Shown: positions 30,072 to 38,380 of the stretch, one piece after another
How the letters are laid out: the number at the start of each line of letters is the position of its first letter
How positions within the stretch are numbered: position 1 is the first letter of the stretch
NCBI GenBank assembly: GCA_963801815.1
Contig: CAWDGJ010000001.1
Span: 160,001 to 224,000 of the forward strand
Direction of reading: 5' to 3'
DNA: 64,000 nt
From: an uncultured Verrucomicrobiae bacterium
GTDB taxonomy: Bacteria > Verrucomicrobiota > Verrucomicrobiia > Chthoniobacterales > UBA10450
Program-made: the position numbers and the translations under genes
Notes under the pieces: model-generated
Told to the model about the DNA's origin: nothing
The model's database searches: none
What the model saw: only the letters and a program-made list of their open reading frames with translations

Positions 30072-30488
30072 ATGTTTGCGATCAAAGCCGAGGTTCGCGA
30101 TCTGAAAGCGAAGTCATTCTTGTTCGCGGCGCAGAAGACGATGTATGGCGGCAAGCGAATCGCCAAAGGCGATATAATCTTCATTTTTGCGAGCGAGAAC
30201 GAAGGCGGGCCAGGTCTGATCGCCAGCGGCGTCGTCACCTCGGCCAAAGCGGTGCCTAAGAAACCAGGGGTCGCCAGGCAAACGCCCCGGGTGAGCATTA
30301 CAATCGAGGGCACCGCGACCGCGAAACGGCATCTGGGGCGGAGCGAGCTCAAACTTTTTTCCAATTGGAATGATGGCCGACCCGAGACTGAGCTCAATTT
30401 TAAATTCTATCGTCAGGCAACGAATAAGATCGCCGGCATCTCGGAAGAAGCGGCGGCGTTCCTCTGCCGTTTCTTTGTCAGCCGATGA
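30072..30488 (+). CDS. Gene-cassette hypothetical protein, possibly EVE/PUA-like
   Basis: ATG 3 bp after the attC core; IAKGDIIFIFASE...PGLIASGVV resembles the EVE-domain core. Confidence 0.6.
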   Translation: MFAIKAEVRDLKAKSFLFAAQKTMYGGKRIAKGDIIFIFASENEGGPGLIASGVVTSAKAVPKKPGVARQTPRVSITIEGTATAKRHLGRSELKLFSNWNDGRPETELNFKFYRQATNKIAGISEEAAAFLCRFFVSR

Positions 30489-30531
30489 GCAAACTCGACT
30501 AAAGCTTCTGGAATCGGGTATCGTTCAAGGC

Positions 30532-30864
30532 ATGGGCAAATTTTCTTTACGGATCATTTTAATAGTCACAGCGGGCGTTTTATTCGGCTGCGCCGATGGG
30601 CCAGTTGAATACTCAGCAGACAATCCTGGTGGTTATCTGCATTACATATCGACCGATCCGGTCGTAATTTTTCATAATAAAGTCGATCACGAGGCGGGGC
30701 TCGAGGCTCGTGGCGTCGAACAACCGGTGGGTAACGCCAGTTGGCATGACTATTGGATGAAAATGATCACGTATTGGACAGATGCAGGCACGGTTGGAAC
30801 CCACCGGCAGGTTGCGGCATACATTGTTGAGCAGCGACGCGCGAGAGGTCTTACATCGTTGTAA
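30532..30864 (+). CDS. Hypothetical lipoprotein
   Basis: MGKFSLRIILIVTAGVLFGC lipobox-like signal. Confidence 0.55.
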   Translation: MGKFSLRIILIVTAGVLFGCADGPVEYSADNPGGYLHYISTDPVVIFHNKVDHEAGLEARGVEQPVGNASWHDYWMKMITYWTDAGTVGTHRQVAAYIVEQRRARGLTSL

Positions 30865-30868
30865 ACAA

Positions 30869-32270
30869 TTACGTGTTAGCAACCTTCGACGGCACTAAGA
30901 TTCCGTCCCGCATACCGTGAACAAACTTTTTATCGGCAGGAACGATTGTCGCTAACGCGCCGCGCAATTTCACTTTGTTCTCCTCAACGAAATAATAGGG
31001 GCAAAGTCGTACCCGGCCTTTCATGGTTTTCAAGGTGGATCGAGCAGTCCCTTGCTCGATGTTAAAATTTGGCGGCGAAGCCGCATTCTGATTGGCATCG
31101 CCCGACGGAGCGGCCGATCCACCAAAGTCCCAGTACCCGGTGCTCGAGCAAGCGCCCTTTGTGAAAGCGTTGCATGATGGTCGGCGAAGAATCGAACGTT
31201 GCGAGCGCATCATTGATCCTCTTTTCCCATTCCGCGTGCGCGAGATCGGAGCCGACGATATGCCGCGGCTTCCCCAACCGAGGGGCGAGAAGCCGCTGAC
31301 TTTGAGAAGAAGATCGCGATCCTTCTGACTGAACTTTCCCGCTTCGCGCCAATCATGAATTTCCAGCCGCGGGATGACTGCGTGCTGCGGTAACGGAGTT
31401 GGATCGAGCGGCCACGTGTAGGGAATCACTTTTTGAAGCTGCGCGAAATATTTTTCGCCGAGCTCGCGTCTCCAGAATTCGCGGAGCGGCGTCATCCAAA
31501 ACAGCGCGAACCACATTTTCTCTTCGAGGTACGGTTTGAACGGCGGTGTGAGGCCACGCGACCTTCGCCATTGGCACGCGGAGATTATCGATCTTCGGAA
31601 GATTTGGAAGATCGAACAACTCGAAGAAGCGGTAAACCGCTCGTCCGTTGTGCGGCTCGTAGTTCTCAGCGGCCGCAACACGCACGTCGACGCCGCGTTC
31701 CTTGAGTCGCGCGGCGACCCATTTCATTTCCGGACGATAGGTTGCCGACTCTTGCGAAATCACGATGTCACCGCCGTTCGGCAGCACGCTTCGAAATCCC
31801 TCGAGCATTCCGTCCGCGTCGCCGAGGATTTCCGTCTCGAACTTGGAATACGTTTGATTCAGCCACCCGGTCAGGCCGATTCCGCCCGGAACAGAATCAA
31901 TCTCGGCGATGGTGTAACCGTCATCGGTCAGAATGAGATCGGGCCGAATGACGAGCGGCAGATCGTCGCGAAATTCTTTGCGTCGCGAGAACTCGATGAG
32001 GTCTTTCGGTTTGCCGGCGTCGAGATAGCGCGCGACCCACGCTGGTTGTTTTCCTTTGACGCTGAGCTGGTAAAGCTGATTGCACGCGCGCTGGAAAACG
32101 AACAGCCGATGACCAAGCTGCTCGAGCTCGGCACGAAATTTTTGCTCGATCGGAAACGCGTCGGGCGAAAGCAGCCAATCCTTGTCGGCGAACAGCCCCT
32201 CCGTTGGAAAAGAGCCTTAATCCTTTGAAGACGCTCATTCTCCTGCGCAGCGACTTCGTTTGAGGTTTGA
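30869..32270 (-). CDS. Conserved hypothetical, possibly ATP-grasp-like protein (multiple apparent frameshifts; start uncertain)
   Basis: Fragments in several frames: EGLFADKDWLLSPDAF, IRPDLIL..ITEIDSVPGGIG, VYRFFELFDL, KPYLEEK, LKVSGFS..WGSRG and RVRLCPYYF. Confidence 0.65.
31034..31123. repeat. GGTGGA-type REP doublet inserted in frame (90 bp) inside a CDS
   Basis: GGTGGATCG...CGATCCACC termini; AGGTGGATCGAGC-N-GCTCGATGTTAA is shared with the intergenic copy at 57989-58053. Confidence 0.85.
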
Positions 32271-32350
32271 GGCTTGAGCGTCCGATTCCAAAGCTACGCG
32301 GTTTCGCGCGGGGAACATCAACATCAAACATCGAACATCAAACCTGTGCA

Positions 32351-32956
32351 TCATCTGCCAGCGGCCATCTTCTTCAGCGCGAGCTTCACCAGTTCTTCCG
32401 CCGATTTCGCCTTGCCCTGTAAATCGCGCACCGTTTTATGCGCGTCGACCTGTTTGTAACCGAGCGCGATCAAAGCCAGCACTGCTTCGTTCCCTTGTTC
32501 CTGTTCCGGCGTCGGCGCGTGGGCGGCAGTGGCGGCTTCCCAGGCGGCCGCGACTCCGAGTTTGTCTTTCAGTTCAAGAATGATCCGCTCCGCGGTTTTC
32601 TTGCCCAGGCCGCTGATCTTTGAAATCGCGGCGATGTCGGAATTTACGACTGCGGTTTTAAAATTAGTCACGCTCATTCCGCTCAAGACAGACAGCGCAA
32701 GCTTGGGACCGATGCCACTCACATTATTCACCAGTAACCGAAACAAATCGCGCTCGGGCGCGGTCATGAATCCGTAAAGCATATGCGCGTCTTCGCGCAC
32801 AACCAGATGCGTGAGAATGTGTACCGGTTGACCCACCGCTGGAAGTTTGTCGTAGCTCGAAATCGGAATGAAAACTTCGTAGCCGACGCCGTTTACATCC
32901 ACCGTTGCCTGCGTTGGTAGCGCCGCGACCAATCGGCCCTCTAGAAACGTGATCAT
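32351..32956 (-). CDS. ruvA: Holliday junction branch migration protein RuvA
   Basis: DVNGVGYEV, VREDAHMLYGF, SGIGPKLAL, GLGKKTAERIILELKDK and ALIALGY. Confidence 0.95.
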   Translation of the reverse strand: MITFLEGRLVAALPTQATVDVNGVGYEVFIPISSYDKLPAVGQPVHILTHLVVREDAHMLYGFMTAPERDLFRLLVNNVSGIGPKLALSVLSGMSVTNFKTAVVNSDIAAISKISGLGKKTAERIILELKDKLGVAAAWEAATAAHAPTPEQEQGNEAVLALIALGYKQVDAHKTVRDLQGKAKSAEELVKLALKKMAAGR

Positions 32957-33000
32957 GATCCGATTTAATGAATCAACGATTTAGCGATTTAGCGAATCAT

Positions 33001-34509
33001 TTAGTCCGGCTTCAGCACCAATGTGAGCTCCGTCCGTCTTCCTTTGGCGATATTAAAGCCGTCGGTGGAAAACATTCTCCAGTTCGGTGGCAAATTCGGA
33101 AAAGTATTCGTTGCGATCGCGCTCGGCAAAACGATGAATCTCGGGCCTGCCTTCGCCATAAAGTCCGCCGCGTTCTTTTGATTCAACGGCGTCATCCAGC
33201 CTTTTGCGCTCGATCGAAAGTACCACACCAGACTTGGCTCCTGATAATCAACTGCGCCGAATTCCATGTCGGGCTTCAAGAAACCTCGCGCTTGTAAATA
33301 AAGCTGTCTCGCCGGAAAGAACCGCGCGGCAAAAGGTGCGGCGATCAACGCGAGAGCGAGATAAATGCAACCACTCGTGACTGCAGCGGTTTTCACGAAA
33401 CGCCTACTGGCGACATGACGAGCGACTAGCAGTGCCAGCAGTGGAAACGCCGGGAGTGTGTAATGCGGTAGCTTGGTTTTAACCAAAGTGAAGATCACGA
33501 AAATGATCGCGGTGCCCGAGACGAGATACGCGTCGGTGTGGGGAGAGGTGGCCGGCCGGCCACGCTCACGCCAGAGTTTTTTGGCCAGCGAAGGCAACTT
33601 GATCGACCACGGAAAAAAGCTGGCAAAGATCGTTACGAAATAGAATGGGAGCAGAAGGAGGTAAACGCCGAACGAGTTGGAGCCGTGGCTTTCCATTGCC
33701 CTGAACGATCTGCCGATGACGTGTCTGCCAATTCCGATCTTCAAAAAGTCACCGTGCGTTTGGATCAGGGCCGGAATTCCCCACAGGGCGACGACTACCA
33801 GCATGAACACGATGCCTCGGATGAATTTGAAACGCTTCGCAAAACCTGTTCTGAGCGCAGTCGAAGCATCGGCGTCGCGCGAGAAATATTTCACCGCGGC
33901 GATCGTCAGGAGCGGGGTCCACGCAATGGGTCCTTTCGCGAGAAATCCAAGCGCGAGAGAAAGGTAGAAGATCGCCCAGCACTTCCAGCGATGCCGGATA
34001 CTCGATTCTGGATTCTTGATGAGTTCCCAGCCGGTCCAATGGGATGTTGTCATGAACAAAACCAGCCACATGTCGGCGACGGCAGCTTTGGCGTGAAGAA
34101 ACGTTTGAAGCGAAAGCGTGAAGATAATTGCTGCGAACCAACCAACGCGTTCGCTGCCGATTCGAGTTCCCCAGGCGAGTATCGACGTCGCAACGAGGGC
34201 AGCCGCCACGGCCGAGGGAAATCGCGCCGCGAAATCGTTTTCGCCGAACATTCGGTAGCTCGCGACCTGGGCCCAGTAGGCGAGCGGCGGCTTATCAAGA
34301 CGAAGTTGATTATTGAAATACGGTACAGTGTAATCGCCGCGCTCGATCATTTCCCGCGACGCCTCCGCGAAACGCGGTTCGTCGCGATCCACCAACGGAA
34401 TGCTCCACGTGCCGATGATGTGGAAAACGGTGCACCCAAAGAATAGCAGGATGTAATTGCGAGTTGCCGATTTCACCAGCGGTCTCAAAATAGCGTCCAG
34501 CAAACGCAA
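33001..34509 (-). CDS. ArnT/PMT-like membrane glycosyltransferase
   Basis: DRDEPRFAEASREM, DKPPL.YW, LAKGP and TKLPHY.LP; start uncertain. Confidence 0.85.
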   Translation of the reverse strand: MRLLDAILRPLVKSATRNYILLFFGCTVFHIIGTWSIPLVDRDEPRFAEASREMIERGDYTVPYFNNQLRLDKPPLAYWAQVASYRMFGENDFAARFPSAVAAALVATSILAWGTRIGSERVGWFAAIIFTLSLQTFLHAKAAVADMWLVLFMTTSHWTGWELIKNPESSIRHRWKCWAIFYLSLALGFLAKGPIAWTPLLTIAAVKYFSRDADASTALRTGFAKRFKFIRGIVFMLVVVALWGIPALIQTHGDFLKIGIGRHVIGRSFRAMESHGSNSFGVYLLLLPFYFVTIFASFFPWSIKLPSLAKKLWRERGRPATSPHTDAYLVSGTAIIFVIFTLVKTKLPHYTLPAFPLLALLVARHVASRRFVKTAAVTSGCIYLALALIAAPFAARFFPARQLYLQARGFLKPDMEFGAVDYQEPSLVWYFRSSAKGWMTPLNQKNAADFMAKAGPRFIVLPSAIATNTFPNLPPNWRMFSTDGFNIAKGRRTELTLVLKPD

Positions 34510-34523
34510 CAGGAACTTATTTC

Positions 34524-35132
34524 GTGAAGCGCGCCTCTCTTTTTTACTGGCTAATTGGAATCGCGTTTGTCGCGCTCGTCATCGCGGTCGCGTTTCAGTT
34601 CGATCAACCGGTGGCGGCGTTCATGACTAACCATCAAACACCGGGGATGCGAAATTTCATGCTCGATGTCAGTCGATTCGGAGATTGGCCGGGACATTTC
34701 CTCGTCGGGCTCGCGCTCCTGGGCTTCGCTTGGTCGCGCGGCAACAAGAAATGGGCCCGAATCTTTTTGGCAATGTTGATCGCACTTTCGATCGCCGGCC
34801 TAGCCGGACGAGCGATCAAACTCACCACCGGCCGGGCTCGGCCGTCGGTGAAATCTGAACAAATGTGGACCGGCCCGACCTGGAGTTCGAAATATCATTC
34901 GTTTCCATCCGGCCATGTCGATGCGACGGTCGGGTTCTTTGCCGTTCTATTGCTGGCGAACTGGCGGATCGGTCTTCCATGTCTCGCGATTCCCGTGGTG
35001 ATTGGTTTCTCGCGCATGTATCTCGGCGCGCATTGGCTTTCCGACGTCATCTGCGCCGCGGTCCTTGGAATGGCCTCCGCCATCCTGGTCTGGCATTTCG
35101 CCACCCGGCGGATCGCAAACGAAAATCCGTAG
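34524..35132 (+). CDS. PAP2 family phosphatase
   Basis: K...GRARP, SFPSGH and SRMYLGAHWLSD. Confidence 0.9.
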   Translation: MKRASLFYWLIGIAFVALVIAVAFQFDQPVAAFMTNHQTPGMRNFMLDVSRFGDWPGHFLVGLALLGFAWSRGNKKWARIFLAMLIALSIAGLAGRAIKLTTGRARPSVKSEQMWTGPTWSSKYHSFPSGHVDATVGFFAVLLLANWRIGLPCLAIPVVIGFSRMYLGAHWLSDVICAAVLGMASAILVWHFATRRIANENP

Positions 35133-35236
35133 TTAAGTCATGCTTTCGTGCTCACTGCATGGAGCGGTGCAACAAACCTGCTATAATCCTGCACCCGCGG
35201 GCTGATCACTCGTCACTGGTCACCCGTCACTTTTCT

Positions 35237-35324
35237 GGAGGGGTGGCAGAGCGGTTGAATGCGCCGGTCTTGAAAACCGGAAGGCCGAAAGGCCTCGTGA
35301 GTTCGAATCTCACCCCCTCCGCCA
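35237..35324 (+). tRNA. tRNA-Ser(UGA)
   Basis: GGAGGGG/CCCCTCC acceptor stem, CCGGT-CT-TGA-AA-ACCGG anticodon arm, long variable arm, GTTCGAAT and an encoded CCA. Confidence 0.96.
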
Positions 35325-35445
35325 ATTTCGATCGCGCTACCTGTAAACTTTGTGAAGTTCTTTCTTGTCGCGCGGTCAAATGAAGATGAGAACGCAGTTC
35401 GACCGGTGGGGCGCGAAGCGGAGGGTCACAAGCGAAGCTTTGGAT

Positions 35446-35469
35446 AATCTCACACCCCTCCGCCAATTT
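35446..35469 (+). repeat. Direct repeat of the tRNA-Ser 3' end
   Basis: AATCTCACACCCCTCCGCCAATTT versus AATCTCACCCCCTCCGCCAATTT at 35306-35328 (one indel). Confidence 0.85.
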
Positions 35470-35528
35470 TATTTCAGTCGCAGATCGGTTCGACAATCGG
35501 AAGTGTTCATGCGAACATATCTCCAGCA

Positions 35529-36635
35529 ATGAAGGTAAAAGCGTTTCAACCGGTCATTGACGAAGCTCCTCAGAGTCGAAAGCCGATCCACGGTCGCGGC
35601 GCTTCCTGGAGCCCGGCCAACCGGTTCGAGAAACTTCACGTCGACTTAACCGATGTCGATGTTGTCGATAACGATCCAGACGGAGAGGCGCGGCCGCGGC
35701 GCGCCACCCAATATTTCCGCGATGTGACCAAAACGATCATCGCGCGGAACCAAAGTCCGGATGTCGGCTTCGAAACGAGCATCAACTCGTATCGAGGTTG
35801 TGAACACGGCTGCATTTACTGTTTCGCGCGACCAACGCACGAATATCTCGGTTTTTCCGCCGGGCTCGATTTCGAGTCACGGATCATGGTGAAGCCGGAC
35901 GCGCCGCGGTTACTCGAAGCTGAACTCTCATCGCCCAAATGGAAACCTCAGCTCTTGATGATGAGTGGAGTGACCGATTGTTACCAGCCGGTCGAACGGA
36001 AATTGAAGATTACGCGCGGCTGTCTCGAAGTTCTCGCTAAGTTTCGAAACCCTGTCGCCATTCTCACGAAAAATCGCTTGGTAACGCGAGACATCGACAT
36101 TCTTTCAGAGTTAGCGGGTGATCGATGTGCCGTGGTGAATCTTTCGGTCACGACGCTCGATCCAAAGCTCCAACAGGTCCTGGAGCCACGGACTTCGGCG
36201 CCGGCTGCGCGTTTGGATGCAGTCGCAAAACTTCGCGCGGCGAATATTCCAGTCGGCGTGATGGTCGCTCCGGTGATCCCCGGGATCAATGATCACGAGA
36301 TTCCAGCGATTGTTGCGGCGTGCGCGAAAGCCGGCGCCCAATTCGCCGGTCACGTTTTGTTGCGTTTGCCGTGGGCGGTGCGGCCGCTGTTTGAACATTG
36401 GCTCGATGAACATTTTCCCGAGCGAAAAGCAAAAGTGCTCGAACGGTTGCGCGCCACGCGAGGCGGCAAGTTGTACGACTCGCGGTGGCGTAAGCGGCAG
36501 ACCGGCGACGGGATTTTTGCCGAACAAATCGCAAACCTATTCGACGTCTCTTGTCGGCGGGCTGGTTTTGACGAACGGCCGAACCTGTCGATCGCGGCTT
36601 TCCGGCGGCCCACCGAGCAACTCAAACTCTGGTAG
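35529..36635 (+). CDS. PA0069/Rv2578c family radical SAM protein
   Basis: GRGA..P.NRFE, YRGCEHGCIYCFARPTHEY (CxxxCxxC), TDCYQP.E and LEPRT. Confidence 0.9.
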   Translation: MKVKAFQPVIDEAPQSRKPIHGRGASWSPANRFEKLHVDLTDVDVVDNDPDGEARPRRATQYFRDVTKTIIARNQSPDVGFETSINSYRGCEHGCIYCFARPTHEYLGFSAGLDFESRIMVKPDAPRLLEAELSSPKWKPQLLMMSGVTDCYQPVERKLKITRGCLEVLAKFRNPVAILTKNRLVTRDIDILSELAGDRCAVVNLSVTTLDPKLQQVLEPRTSAPAARLDAVAKLRAANIPVGVMVAPVIPGINDHEIPAIVAACAKAGAQFAGHVLLRLPWAVRPLFEHWLDEHFPERKAKVLERLRATRGGKLYDSRWRKRQTGDGIFAEQIANLFDVSCRRAGFDERPNLSIAAFRRPTEQLKLW

Positions 36636-36886
36636 AGGCGATTACGCTCCCGCTCGGTTTTCACCAAACCGAGGCGCCAATTTCCCTAAAACTGACTCGC
36701 AAGGCTCGCAGACTGCTCCGTTCTCATAATTCATCGCCCGACACTGTTGTTTTCTCCTAGTTTGAGACTTTCGACCGATTCGTGGGTCTAATCTATGGGA
36801 TCGAACTTATCGATGCGCTCTGAGAGATCACGAAAAGCGATTAACTGTATGCGAACAGACCCACAATTTGTGCGGCGGGGCCCGAT

Positions 36887-37240
36887 ATGATCAATCCATT
36901 GCACTCGAGCAAGGATAAGCCATCGAAAAAGGCCGGGGAGTCGGAGACGCGGGAGCAAATCATGAAGCTCCGTGAGACGACTCTCGAACTACAGCAGGAG
37001 AATCTTGCGCTCCGTGATGAAATCAAGAGGCTGCGTGAACAGAAAGAGCCGCAAACGAATTTGGAATTTTCCGAGAATGTCTGTTGGCTGCTGATAGACC
37101 ATGAGCGAACAGGGCCGTTCTGCCCGCGTTGTTATTCCGAACATCATCGCTTAGCCACGCTTCTGGACGGACGGCGCTTCGTTGCTAAAACGCGCTGGAT
37201 TTGTCCGGTTTGTAATCACGTCTTCGACTCCGAGGCGTAA
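36887..37240 (+). CDS. Hypothetical protein, coiled coil + Zn ribbon
   Basis: LELQQENLALRDEIKRL, GPFCPRC and WICPVC. Confidence 0.65.
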   Translation: MINPLHSSKDKPSKKAGESETREQIMKLRETTLELQQENLALRDEIKRLREQKEPQTNLEFSENVCWLLIDHERTGPFCPRCYSEHHRLATLLDGRRFVAKTRWICPVCNHVFDSEA

Positions 37241-37295
37241 GGTTTGCATGACTTGTAATTTGCAGTTTCTGATCTCTAATCTTCTACTTCTGCAA

Positions 37296-37398
37296 GCGCG
37301 ATTAGCTCAGTGGTAGAGCACGTGCTTCGCACGCAAGGGGTCGCTCCACGCCCGCAACGCTTCGCGTAGCGATGCGGGCGGGGGTTCGAATTTCATCG
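37296..37398 (+). pseudogene. Degenerate tRNA-Val-like gene interrupted by a ~37-bp hairpin in the T-stem
   Basis: The first 50 nt resemble the downstream tRNA-Val, followed by CCACGCCCGCAACGCTTCGCGTAGCGATGCGGGCGGG and then GGTTCGAAT; there is no intact 3' acceptor strand or CCA. Confidence 0.8.
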
Positions 37399-37446
37399 GG
37401 TTTTTGTGGAAAGGAAATTCCAACCAATTATCTTCAATGTCCAATT

Positions 37447-37521
37447 GCGCGGTTAGCTCAGTGGTAGAGCGCTTGCTTCACACGCAAGAAGTCGCAGGTT
37501 CGAACCCTGCACCGCGCACCA
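37447..37521 (+). tRNA. tRNA-Val(CAC)
   Basis: GCGCGGT/ACCGCGC acceptor stem, CTTGC-TT-CAC-AC-GCAAG anticodon arm, GGTTCGAAC and CCA. Confidence 0.96.
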
Positions 37522-37533
37522 TTTGTCCCCCGG

Positions 37534-37770
37534 ATGTTCTATGCTTAAGTCCTTAAATGCAGTGACGGTAAACTGTACGTCGGGTCAGCAAAAGATCTGC
37601 GGAGGCGAATTGAGCAGCATCGAGCAGGAAGAGTCGTGGCGACAGCACGTCGGCTGCCGGTCAGTCTCGAGTATTACGAGGCGTGCCGCTTTGAACGGAA
37701 AGCGAGGTTGCGCGAGAAACAGCTAAAGACTGGATTTGGTCGCGCTTATTTGAAGCGGCGTTTGCGATAG
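37534..37770 (+). pseudogene. Small GIY-YIG nuclease with a premature TAA at codon 5
   Basis: Manual translation gives MFYA*VLKCSDGKLYVGSAKDLRRRIEQHRAG...YYEAC...ARLREKQLKTGFGRAYLKRRLR; it is absent from the ORF track. Confidence 0.85.
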
Positions 37771-37814
37771 CAATCCGCAGTTGAAATGTTCCTGGTCGGA
37801 TTTATACCGAAGGT

Positions 37815-38261
37815 ATGTCAGAACATAAAATGACTCTCACCTGGAAGCGCGGCGATGCGCCGTTCGAGTACCAAAAGTATCCGCGCAATCACACTTGGAA
37901 ATTTGATGGCGGCCACGAAATGACGGCGTCAGCAGCGCCGGCCTATCTCGGCGATCCGAAAAATGTCGATCCGGAGGAAGCATTCGTCGCCTCGCTCTCT
38001 GCCTGTCACATGCTCACATTTCTCGCGATTGCGTGTAAGCAGAAGTTCGTGCTCGACGAATATATCGACGACGCCGTCGGCCACATGGAAAAGAACGCCG
38101 ACGGCAGGCTGGCGATTACCAAAGTGACGCTGCGGCCAAAACTGAAATGGTCTGGCGACAAGACGCCGAGCGCAGAAGAGCTCGATAAGTTGCATCACGC
38201 TGCGCACGAGAACTGTTTCATCGCTAATTCGGTGAAGACCGAGGTGACGGTCGAAAAATAA
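37815..38261 (+). CDS. OsmC family protein
   Basis: DPEEAFVASLSACHMLTFL and AHENCFIANSV. Confidence 0.9.
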   Translation: MSEHKMTLTWKRGDAPFEYQKYPRNHTWKFDGGHEMTASAAPAYLGDPKNVDPEEAFVASLSACHMLTFLAIACKQKFVLDEYIDDAVGHMEKNADGRLAITKVTLRPKLKWSGDKTPSAEELDKLHHAAHENCFIANSVKTEVTVEK

Positions 38262-38269
38262 AGGCGGAA

Positions 38270-38340
38270 GTTGTAGCGGTGCTTGTTCTCAAGCACCGAA
38301 CTATTAAAAAGGCGCTCACCGCGGCGAGCGCCCCTACAAC
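38270..38340. repeat. GTAG-type REP doublet
   Basis: GTTGTAGCGGTGCTTG-TTCT-CAAGCACCG ... GGCGCTCACCGCGGCGAGCGCCCCTACAAC. Confidence 0.75.
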
Positions 38341-38380
38341 AGCTTTTGATCTGTGTAATCTGCGTTAATCTGTGGCCGAA

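Noticed and set aside
33538..34446. Long antisense ORFs (for example 33538-34446, 38927-39757, 58687-59409)
   Set aside because: These are shadow ORFs opposite well-supported genes in GC-rich DNA and carry no motifs.
37296..37398. Functional tRNA-Ala(CGC) or intron-containing tRNA
   Set aside because: The body is Val-like with no Ala-type acceptor, the anticodon stem has a mismatch, the insert lies in the T-stem, and the 3' acceptor strand and CCA are missing.
37546..37548. Stop-codon recoding in the GIY-YIG gene
   Set aside because: The codon is TAA at an expected Tyr position, and TAA serves as a normal stop throughout the window; a point mutation or base error is simpler.
35237..37770. 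Prophage or integrative island between the tRNAs
   Set aside because: There is no integrase or phage gene, the att-like repeat encloses only ~117 bp, and the radical SAM gene belongs to a common chromosomal family.
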